Of a stretch of 64,000 bases of DNA, positions 35,801-47,800 are shown piece after piece. Where the stretch lies: assembly GCA_964187785.1 (NCBI GenBank), contig OZ076409.1:68388001-68452000 (forward strand), written 5' to 3'. The DNA comes from Amphiscolops sp. MND2022 (taxonomy: Eukaryota). The position numbers were made by a program, and so were the translations under genes. Below the pieces are notes generated by a model. The model searched no databases. It was not told the DNA's origin and saw only the letters and a program-made list of their open reading frames with translations. Within the stretch, counting starts at the first letter, position 1. Each line of letters starts with the position of its first letter.

Positions 35801-38800
35801 ATCATTCCTCATCTTCGGGGCACAATGGTCTCATTTGGCACTTTTCTGCCGAAACCCTGTCTTTTTGCTGTCAGATGGCACAATTCCTGATTTTCTCGCC
35901 TTCTGGGTGATGACATCGCTGACTTTCACGTTCCTGGGTCGGGTTTGGGGTCTTCGGGGTGGTGTTTTGTCTTTATTTTGCTTCCTCTACGGTTTTCGTA
36001 CCTACCGGGTCGGCCATCTTGAATGTGCTTGTTTGATACCGCACATTTCGAAATTTCGATCGAAATTTTCAAAAACTTCTGCAACGTCCTTTGCCTGAGG
36101 TTACAGTTAATAAAAATGTTCAACAACCTGCTCGTGCGTGATATCTCTAAGCGCATTATTTCGACCGTTCGTTCTATTTTTGAACAAGCCGGGACCTGCC
36201 CAAGTCGGCGCCATATCCAAGGCTCAAAAATAGCAAAAAGATTTCCAAGTGTCAAGTATTCTCTATTACAGTACTCGAAAATCGAAAATTTTTCGAAAAA
36301 AAATTTCGAAAAAAATTACATACTCAAAAAATGAAAAAAAATGGACCTAGTGGCGCGCAGGGGCTCGCTAGCGCGAGCCCCTGGCGCGCTAAAGTCTCAC
36401 AATGCCGAAAAACTGAATGGGGGACCCTTTGAGGTTTTTCAACATTCATTCTGTCGCAAAACATCAAAAAATTGCAGGGGGGACCCTTTGGGGATTTTTT
36501 TTTCGAAAAAAAATCTCGCAGTGCCGAAAAAAATGAAAGGGGGTACCCTTTGGTCTCGCCCGGTATGGTATATTACGCGGAAAAACAGGAAAAACTTTTT
36601 TGGTTCAGTTCGCTAGGCCAAATAGTGCAATTTGGTGCAATAATATTTTGTAGAACTTTTAAGAACTATTTTGGTCAGTTCGTGTGGATAGAAAAAAAAG
36701 AGTCACTATAATAGTCGCGTTTCACTTCATGAAGCGCCGAATAAAAACTCCTCAAGTTAGCAATTGAACATGGTGTAAGTTTTGATTTTCGTCAGAAAGT
36801 TTTACGTTAAATTATTTTTAAAGGGTAATTTTTTGTCGAATTAGGGCCTTTAATCTTAGACAATTAGAGTGAAAGCAAAATGAACCGAAGGGGCAAGAAG
36901 TCTTGCAAATTTTCATGCAACTTGTCTTTCGAAAAAAATTCTGTTACGGAAAAATTGGCTAGTAATTTTCGGAAAAGTTTTGCAAAATTTCTTGTAAAAG
37001 TTTTCTGAGCAAAATTAATGCTCCAATATGGCATCTTTTTCCCTTAAGAGTTATAAAGAGCAGCAATGCGCCAAGGAGCGCTGCCAATATTGATGTACCT
37101 TCTGTCTCCAAAAAGTTTCTTGTAACGGAGTAAATGGCCGTTATTTTTTGAACGCAAAATTTTTTTAAAATATCCTGTCAATGCTGATAAGGTCCTCGCC
37201 CTTGCAAAATTCATCTCGGGAAAAAAATCTTCATATCATCTTTCTTGCTTTTACCTGGCATTGATTTTTAACGTAGATAATTTATCGTCCTTTTAAGACA
37301 TTAGTTGACTTGGCGGACGTGGGAAGTAGGCATAAAAAATTTGGAGAAAAAGTAACGTGAGATTTGACCTGTTTTTCCTAGTTTGAATTCTAGTGATGCA
37401 TTCATAGGTTCTGCGTGCATGCAAATGTGGGTCCATTTTAACGCGAACCTTGCGCAAAGCTCCTTTGTGCCTTCATTTGTATGTGGAAAAATCAGTTTTC
37501 ATGGCTAATGAATTTTGAATTAGGCCGACGTGGGATCGAAATCAGTTATGAAGTCCATGGTTAGTAAGTTTTCGTAAATTCATCGGGGAGTGTCAAAAAT
37601 TTTTGTTTCTAGAATCTTTTCTGTGTTTTCTTTTTAGCTGGTGGGAGCGTTTTCGTCAAAGTTTTTTCAAGCGTTTTTGGAGCTATTATTTTATGCTTCT
37701 CTTAAAATTCCAAATGAAGTTCGGATTTTTTTTCAATCACTGTTTTTGCATGCTGACAGCTGAATACTCCTCGTACTCTCATTACTGCGGTAATGCGTTT
37801 GGGATTTGCGCCTGTTTTCATGATCGAAAACAAATATAGGATGGTGCCAACGTTTGGGATAAACCTAGTTGGTTTGTATCATACTCTGCGTCGTTACAAA
37901 AATGGAAAAGAACTCAGTGTTACTGCACTTCTCGTTTCTGATTAATATTCAATATTTCCAATCCCATACTTTTCCAGGATGATTTGAACGTGAAGAACGA
38001 ACAAGAAGTTGAAGACATGATTGAGAAATGGATTTCTTTTGATGCAAGCAGCCATTTCAGCGAATTTTTATTTTCTTGGGTCTCAAAAATATCGATGTCT
38101 GAGGCAGTTTGAAACCAAACACTTTACAAATCTCTTTTCTTTCATAACGTAACCTAAGTAAAAATATACACGAGGTTGAAAGACACGCTAAAATTAACTG
38201 TATGCTTATGTGCTATTTATTATTTTCCGCCAATATTTCATATGGGAAAGGAAAATATTTACATCAAACGGTTTTTTTTACAAAATTTGCCAAGCACCCC
38301 ATAATAACCCAAAATGATCCCGAAAATGACAAAAATTCAAAAATTTCCCAATTTTCAACGTTTTTATGCAATTTTTGTCCTTTTTTCGGTAAACATTGTG
38401 GATTAGAATGTTGAAAACGTTCAACAAGGCACGAATTCGTTCTCCAATAGTATTCAATGAGGATATAAATGCGGTTTTTCAAAAGAAAAATTACCCCAAC
38501 GATGACAAAATTTCCAAAATTTTTCGAATTTTAACGTTTAATGCAATTTTTGTCAAATTTTCGATAGACTTCGTGGATTAGAATGTTGAAAACGCTCAAC
38601 ATGGCAGGATTTCGTTGTCCAGTAGGCTTTTCCGAAGAGATAATTTCTGTTTTCTAAATGAAAAATATATCAAACTGAAACCGAAAATGACAAAAAACCC
38701 AAAAATTTCAAATTTTCAAAGTTTTGCGGTTAATTGCGGTTTTCAAGTTGAAAAAAAACTCAAATTGGCACCGAATTCGACAAAAAAAACCTAAAATTCT

Positions 38801-41800
38801 CCAATTTTCAAAAGTTTTTATGCAATTGTTGTCAAAATTTCGACAGACTTCGCGGATTGGAATGTTGAAAACGGTCATCGAAGTGTGAATTTGTTGTGCA
38901 GTAGTGTTTTATGAAGACATAATTGCGGTTTTCATGTTGAAAAATTTTTCAAATTGGCACTGAAAAAGACAAAAAACCCAAACTTTTCACATTTTTAAAT
39001 AGTTTTGTCAAATTTATGACAGATTCCGTGGATTGGAATGTTACAAAGTGTCAACCTGAAACGAGTTTGTTGTCTAGTAGTCTTTTATGAAGAGATAATT
39101 GCAGTTTTCTAGATGAAAATTATCTCAAATTGACTAGAATGTTAAAAGCCCTAAGCAATGGAAGGACTCCTCATTTCAATGAGCTTTCGTTGGGAGATAA
39201 ATACAATTTGTAATAGAAATTGCCCCGAATTGACTCAGAAAATGTCAAAAAATTCAATGTTTTGTTGTTTTGATGCAATTTCTTTACAATTTCCGAGAGC
39301 TTTTGTTATAAGTTCTAACTGTCAAAACGAAAAAATGGAAACTATGCAGTACATTATTTAAAGAGTATGTTGCAGCGTATTGCTCCAAAAACACTCCTGA
39401 ATGACTCCAAATGAGTCGAAAAATCGAAAACGTTCAACATCTCGTTTTTATGCAACTTATATGTACTTTTTGAATCGTTTTGGAGTCAGAATGTTGGCAA
39501 ACGTTCAACAATGATTGTACTTATTATCCAGTAGGCTCTTGAGGAAAAATTTGCAGACTTCGGTTTGAAAATGGTCAAAATTGACCGCAAAAAGTCGAAA
39601 TTTTGCCTATTTCTGACATTTCCAGTGAACTTTTATCTAAGACTAGAAAATATTTACATCGGAAAATTATAAAAATAAAAGCTTACAAAAGCTTTAGATG
39701 GTAAAATTAGGTCCGCATCACGTTTTGTGAAGAAAAATTTTTAAGTTTATGGCAGAAAGTTTCCTCAGAAGGACCCAATAAATGCAAAAACAGATTTTTC
39801 ATTTTTTAAAACATTTTATGCACATTTTTCTTTGTACAACTTTTGATCTACTTCCTTGCATAAAGAGGATATAAAAACTCAGTAATGACATTCCGGTATC
39901 CAGTAGGCATTTTGAAGATATAACTGCAATGTTTTTGGACTTGGCATCAATAACACCCCAAAATCAAACAAACGACAAAAAAGCACGTTTTTTGACAAAT
40001 CAATCCAAATTTTTGTTCAAACTACGAAAGTTTTCTGGAATAGAAGTTCCCTTTACCTGAACGTTGAAGCAATAAGGTATTCAAAACGCAATTTGGGAAA
40101 GAAAGTACAATGAAGTTCTTCGAGTTTACAACAAAGGTGTCAGAATTTCCGAATTTTCTCAATTTTCGGCAACCAAGTAACAACTTTGAAACCTTTCCGA
40201 AAATTTACTTCAATAAGAAAACTCATAGGTTCAAGATTGAAACGTGTAAGTTGCATAGTGCCGAAAATACAAAAAGTGGGCAGTTATTGCAGAAATAATA
40301 AAATAGGTGTTGGCTTTAAAAATGGAATAAGATGAATCAAAGATTTTTTTTCTGCGAACTTCTTTTCATTGTGCATTGGCTATTCTTGAGCCTCAAATTT
40401 ATATAGTTGTAGAACAGTTTGGGGCGGAAAATATCTCGCTGCTCAGCGGGCGTCTTGGTACCGTATATACTCAAATACGCCCTCGAAATACTCTGACTTA
40501 CACTTTTATACTCATGAATATCCAAACAAATATATGCAAATTTATATGAAATGGCTCTCTATGTGAGTGTAGCCCGCTGTTCGGTCCCATTCGAGACAAC
40601 TGTTGCTGACCACAATCCGCAAGTCCATTCCTTCAGGCGGTGACTCGAAGGAGACCTCAAGTCCCCCCTCCTTCTCTGGCTTCCACGAGGGTGCTCGCAA
40701 CCCCCACGAAGTAGCCTTGGTTTTCGCGGGTTTTTGCTGCAGCCGACAAGGCTGCAAAACTGTATGTCGAAATATTTGTGGGGTTTAGAGATTCGACATT
40801 TTGAGAAGTTAAGGTTTGCGAGAAGTTAAGATGTTTGCAATAAGAGGTATTGAAAGAGACAGTGGTTCATTTCTTCAAGGGAAGTAATGAAAAAAATGTC
40901 CCGAAGCAAACGAGTAATGAAAAAAATGAACTTGTTGATTAATAATTCAATCATTCAAATTAGACGTTTCTGGATTACTTCGAAAATGAAAACAGTCAAC
41001 TTTCTTGTGGTAGTGCTTTTTCTGGATTGCTTTTTCAATTAATTTTTCAAATCAACTTATAGCAATCCGAATCCCACAACATTTGTCCACGAAGGCACAC
41101 AAAGGTATGTCAATGATTGTAGAGACGCAAAAATTCAACAATCATAATGCATTTTTACACAAGTTGTATAACTTGTTTGTATTCCTGTAATTCCAAGTCA
41201 AAATACCAGAAGACAAAATACATAAAACCAAGGGACAAGGACCATGAAGTCAAAATACCACGTCTAATTAATGACGTGAAAGTATGACAGAATTTGGCGA
41301 TTGATCAAATTTAACCATGATGTAATTCATTCATTATTGAGTAACAAAATCGGTTGTAAGACTCGGGCTTCCACCTTTGCGCGTTGCGCCCCTACAGGTC
41401 GGCTTTCATCAAAACCAGCCGCTGGTCGAGAATGGCACGCTGATACTAGTTCACTACGCTGATATTTTGTCCCAGTGAATATTTTTCCTAAGGTATTTCA
41501 TTTCGGCAGTATTTTGACATCTGGCATTTTGCCCCCTGGGTGTTTTGTCCTAACACCATTCCGGTACTCTTCCTTAAAGTTTACATACTGCTTTTTAACA
41601 ACAAAAACTTGAGTCACAGGAGCAAAAATAAGTTTCAAAGCATGTTGCTCCTAAAATATTCTAGCGAGAAATTTTTGGCTAGTTTTGGTTCAACTGTGCA
41701 ACTTGATTTATTATATTGAAGCATTTTGCGAATCATATTAAATTTTTGGGCGTATTAAGTGACAGCCAATCGAATATGAATGACAGCAAGTGCCACTTTC

Positions 41801-44800
41801 ATCTTTATACTCTTAATTTTTGTGCATTATTTCCAATGTTTTCAATTTTTTATACTTTATAATTGCAGTTGATTTGACATTTTTGGAGAATTATTTTAAA
41901 ATGAAATCACCTGGAGTGGTGTAATAGCCGGAATTTCATGTACACTGTTTTAGAAGTTTGCTTTTTTTACCCAAAACTATTAATGCAAACTCCTTTACGT
42001 TTTATCAACATAAACTGATGAGAAATGGTTTTTTTAAATTCAGGTGTATATATGTTCAACCCTAAAGTTAACGGATGGAGGCGTATCTACGTGAACGAGT
42101 TGTCGCAATTACAAATAGTGTACCACTGCACCGCTAATGTTGATGGGAAGATATACATCCTAGGTGGCAGTTTCGACCCGTCCGCCTCTTATGAGAGCAG
42201 GTCAGCAAACGAAACAATTCGAAGAGGGAAGCGGCTAAAACAAATTCTGTTCATAGTTTCAGCAAAACTAAACAAAATTGCAGCTTTACTGACTAGAAAA
42301 CGTCTTGAAATCACCTGTAAAACAATCTCTAAAGTTGAAAAAAAATTTCCAACCCCGATATTCATGGAAAAGTTTTTTTTTAATTTTGTTTGCTACAAAT
42401 TTTCTCTACAAAAATTGAGCGCAGAGTCTATCTAGTGAAAGCTTTGACAATGTTTCCTCTCCATTCAAAGGGGATTGAGAACAAAGTGTCTACGTTTTTC
42501 TCATCATTCTTGATATTTCGTTCGATCATCAACTTCATATTTGGTTTAGAAGCCATATGAAGTACTTCTCAAAGGAGCTTCTATGTTTCGACACACGGAA
42601 GAACGAGATGTGTCAGATGAAGGCTCTACAGACTCGCAGGGTTCACGCTTGCTCGACAGTGCTTAATGGGTACATATACGTCATTTGTGGAATCCTCCTC
42701 GACAGCCGTGAAGGTATTACCAGTATTTTGAAGTCTGCAATCCTATCGAACTTGGAAAAACGAGAGAATTATTTTCTTCAATCATTGTGGCAACTGCATG
42801 CATAACTGCTTCCCTTTTAGCTTCCGACATCATCCGTTGAAGGCTGACGCTTCCGAGGCCATGAATTAGACATTTAGTCTGTAGCAAGACAGTGACAGTG
42901 CGTGCTGCTAGGAACTTTCCCAATTAATTTAAACTTTGTGATGCCAATTCATTGAGCTTTTTCTTTGGTAGAAGTTTTCTTTCACTTTTTAACCAATTTC
43001 ATAAAACACGCAGTTCGCGCAGAAACTTTTGATTTTTCTGTCGACCAAAATTCAATTAGTCTTAACCGAATAGTTCTCAAATTCAACCGAAGTTTTTACG
43101 CGAGAACATTTCGGTTTTCGGAAAAACAAAACTTATAGGGGCAACTGTTCTCAAAAATCAATTCTTTAAAAATTACTTCCGAGAGCAAAGCATGAAGCAC
43201 GTTACTAATCCAATACCGGACCGCGGCAAAAATAAGGGAAGCGAATGTTTAATGAAAACGATAACTAAATGACTGCGTGTCAAAGAGTGGACCCAGTAAA
43301 AGTGTAGCGCTTGTGTGACAGTTGCCCTTATAGGTTTTGTTTTTCCGAAAACCGAAATGTTCTCGCGCAAAAACTTCCGAACTTTGTTCGTATTCGGTTA
43401 AGACTAATTCAATTTTGGTCGACAGAAAAATCAAACGTTTTGCGCGAACTGCGTGTTTTATGAAATAGGACGGCACGTTTTCTACGTTTTGCTCGAGCAC
43501 TGTTGTTTGTGATTTAAAAAGTATGAAGTTTTTTTTACCTGCCTTTGACACTGGACGCCAATAAGACAACCCCGCTGTAGAACTTTGGAAACCAAATATT
43601 TGCCACTAACCAGCGCTCGCGGAAGCCCCGAAAACATTCTGTTGCTAAAGTAATTAAGGGTGGAACACATCCCGTTGATCAGCTGAAGTTTTCCCTTTTA
43701 TTTCTTTTTTACTTTTTATCACAAGGTACCCATACTGATCATTTTTGAAGACGTCTTGAATTCAGTGTATTGAAAGACTATCAAAATGAGCTTTCACTTC
43801 AGAAAACAGTTTTTGCAGGTAATGTGGCCATTGAGTAAACTCATGGAGACAATATTTCCTCTGCAGCTGTGTAAAGTTAGTTTCTTGAGACTTTAGGACT
43901 TGCTGTGTATTCCTAACAGACGTTAAACTAAAAGTGAAACTTGAAAACTGACGTTTGCTTCAGAAGATGGCATTTGCACGAACAGCGTGGAGAGATACAA
44001 TATCGAGCGTGGTTGGTGGGAGACTTTTTTTGATACCCTCAAGCGGCGGGTCGATGCCACTGCTGTCACCTATAAAGACCAGGTTAGCTTTTCTTACCCG
44101 ACCTAGTCTTGAAAAACGGCAACGTGCTTCCATACATGCATTCTTTATGATCATAAAGAATGCAAGTATGGAAGAACGTTGCCGTGTTTCAATCAATTCC
44201 TAATATTGAGACTTTTATTTGAACAAGACGCCCGCTGACCAGCGACATTATTTCCGTCCTAAACTGTTCTACAACTACATAAATTTGAGGCTCAAGTGTA
44301 GAAAAAAAATGGAATTGTCTTACTTTATATGGGGGTCGAAACTCTTGATGTTGATGAATCACTTCATTCAATTTTTGACAATAACTAATAATGGCACGTG
44401 ACAAATTATTCACAGATTTCCATTACACTCCAGGGGACATAACTGGAGGACACTCTCATCAGTTTGTTTCGCCAGTCTTGGTTTTGAGTTTGCACTTTCG
44501 AACAATGTCCGACCGTGGACAAACTTCTGTCACAAGACCCAAAGGCCATAGTCCTCTGGGCGAGTTTTACTCAAGAAGCCATACCAATTGACCACACTTA
44601 ATTGCATCTTTGGTGGTATCCCACTTTTATTGGGACCTCAGTGTCGACAAATACTTTTCTTTCATGAGTCTTGTCCACAATTGAGTGGCATTAGACTCGC
44701 ACTATCTATTCAGTTGAATGAGTCTACCGGTGTATTTGTTCACTTCCAATGTTATCGATGATGAAATGGTTGGGCGTGAGGCATTATATGTCGAGGCTTT

Positions 44801-47800
44801 CGTCAGGGGTCCGCTATTCATAATTCCTTCCACTTGGCAAATGAACGTATTGAATGACTGTTGGGTCCATTTTTAGGTTACAGACACTGAGTAAAGGATT
44901 TGTTTCGCGACTCTGATTATACGTTCACAAGCTCCTCCTTGATGTGAGGTTCCAGGGGGTATAAACTTCTAATCTATTTGGTGTGATCCTAGTTGTTCTT
45001 CTATCGTTCCAAGGTCCAAGGTTTTCGCTGCTGCGTGGAATATACTTGCGTTGTCAGATGTTATACTCGTTGGTTTTTCTCGTCAGCTCGAAGTGTACTG
45101 CTCTTGTGTTGAAACAGGTGAAAATGCAGACGTATTGGCTGGTGCGTTGATTTCTTTAATATACAGGAAAAGGTCCAAAGTAATCGATTCCAAAAACTTC
45201 GAAAGCTGCAGGCGTTTTCGCGTTATTGAATTTTCGCAGGTTACCCATTTGGGCGTTTGCAGATGAAACAGTTGAAGATTATTTGTTTGAGTGTTGTTGT
45301 CAAATGGGTCATCCAGTGTTCTTGTTGCATTATTACTCTCATGTATTCTAGTCCAACGTGGCCTTCGTCTTCGTGTTTGTGCTGTATGTAAAGTCGTATG
45401 ATGAAATGCTTGGCTGGTATGATGAAATGGATTCGAGGGTTTTTTACTCGAAGGTTGATTGGGGTTTTTTGAAGTCGGCTGAGTGATCGAAGTGATCCTT
45501 GCTGATCAAGATATGGGTTGAAGTTGACAAGCTTGCTTTGTGCTTTTACGGCTTGTGTACTTTGGATGTCCTTGATGTCTTCCGGGAAGCTTTCATTTTG
45601 TGTGATTCTGAAAAGCTCTTTTTTACTCCGTTGATATTGTTCTTTTACTGTGAACAGTCGTCTTCTGGCGAGAGCGAAAGTCTTCAGAAAGTAAAAGGTG
45701 GTTCGAAGTAGTCTTTTCCACGATCACAATCGTTTGTAGTCAACGAAGGTGTGAGGTGTATGGCAGGTTAGACTGTAAGTTCGTATGTCCTTTGTTTCTG
45801 TTGTCGGCATATACTCTGCGGTGTTGGGCGTGCTTTCTGCGATGGTTCGATGCCATAATTGTGAAGGCAACTGAAGAAAAGCTGGTCCATTCTTCCATTC
45901 CGAGTGTTTGAGTTCTGTTGTCTTGAGTCCTGGGCTTCATTCGACGGCTGGATTGTGTTTGGTAGGTACGTATTCCCAGTCATCTACTGGTGTAGTGTGT
46001 CGAATTTCGTTTAGTTGGTTGGCAATTTACATCTTCTGTCGGTTGTTATTGTTGTATATCCAATGTAGCACAACCGTGCTGTCAGTCCAGTGTGTGATCT
46101 TTGAGGTCGGTGGGGTTGTGTTTTTCTTTTCCGAACCCATATTTCATAAATGGGCGAAGAAAATCATGATCTGTGACGCGTTTTTGTCCAACTTTTTCCA
46201 AATCTCCACAATCTCCACCTTTTGATTACTTGACTATTTTATATCGTTAATAGTAACTAAAATAGTGACCTAACTAAAATACCATACAACGGGAATATTA
46301 TCTAAAGTAAAAAAAGGAATAAGATCTAAAATTTCAGTGCGGGAATAAAATCTAAAAGGAATAAGATCTTAAAACACTAAATTTTAGATCTTATTCTTTA
46401 GATCTTATTCCCCCTATCAAAATAGCTTTGGCTCAGGTGGTGAAGGCGAACAGGTTGGAAAATATCCCGGTGCTTAGCGGGCGTCTTGTTGTGGAATGCT
46501 GTTTGTAGTCGGCATGCGTAGACTGCTGCTTGTAATTCCAAATTCGGAGTGGTCTGTGTTTTCAGTGGGGCGACTCTAGTTTTTCCCATGATAATTTTTG
46601 TACGGTACACTGTTTTGTCTGTGAATCGGATGAAAATTACTGTGGCGAGGGCCTGCGTTGAGGCATCGCAGAAGACGTGTAGTTCTTTTGGCTGAGCGGT
46701 TGGCAGATTGTAATATCGAAAATTTTTTACTTCCTCCAAGTTTGCCGAATTAAGGATCCAGTCCTCTGCGAATTGTTGAAAGTCCTCGGGTAGTTCTTTG
46801 TCCCAATGCTGTGCATTTTGCCATATCTTTTGTAAGTTTATCTTCATGACATTTGTGACAGGTGCTGTTATTCCCAGTGGGTCAAAATGTCGTGAAAAAG
46901 TTCTAACAGTTTGCGTTGAGTCCAGTTCTGGAGGTTGTCCGCGTTGTGTTTGTTTATGTGAGCTGCAAACATGTCGGTGAGTGGGAACCAGGAAACTCCC
47001 AGTCCCTTATGGCTGTTGTTCTCCGTGAAAATTTCGTCTTCCTTGTTCCTTAAAAGGCTTTCATCCAGTTCATTGTAGAACTTTTGGGAATAGCTACACC
47101 ACTTGATGAGGTTGAAGGAGAGGATTTCCTAAAACTTGTCTTAGTCGTTGATGTAGTTGTGGTACTTCTTCAGTTGATCTAAAGGATTTCACAATGTTGT
47201 CCATGTATGTCAGTTGTCACAATTTCGAGAACATCTGGATACTTGTCAGCGTTGTCTCTGGCTGCTTGTTGTAAAGCGTAGATAGCGCAAGCGGGTGAAT
47301 CTCTTGCACCAAATATGTGCCTTTGGTACTCGAACTCCTTCGGTGGTTTGTTGAAGTCTTCGTTCCTCAAAAAGCGCACGAACTTTCGATCTTCTGTTCC
47401 AGCTCCAACTTGCATAAAAAACCTTCTAAGTTTGCTTCATAAGTTCTCTCTTCTATGACTTCAAATCGTTCTTGAACAGTTTTGTTGTAATGCTTTATAG
47501 CAAAAAAAGTAGGGTTTTCTGACATTATTTCTTTCGAACAACTGGTAAACGCTGACGTCATTTTAGTTTTTGCAATCTGAAGTTTTGCCGTTATTGTGGC
47601 GATTGACTTTTTTGGGGGAATGTTCATTCAAAATCTCCGGAGGGGTCACCAGATTTTTTAGAAGACAATTGGAAATGTCTTACTTTGAATGGGGGCCGAA
47701 ACTCTTGACGTTGGTGAATCACTTCATTCAAATTTTGACAATAACTATTAATGGCTTTTGAGTAATTATTCACAGTTTTGCATTACATCAAGAATGACCA

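Noticed and set aside
41869..41918. Extra Kelch exon (VDLTFLENYFKMKSPG)
   Set aside because: Good acceptor, but no phase-1 donor to join the exon at 42044.
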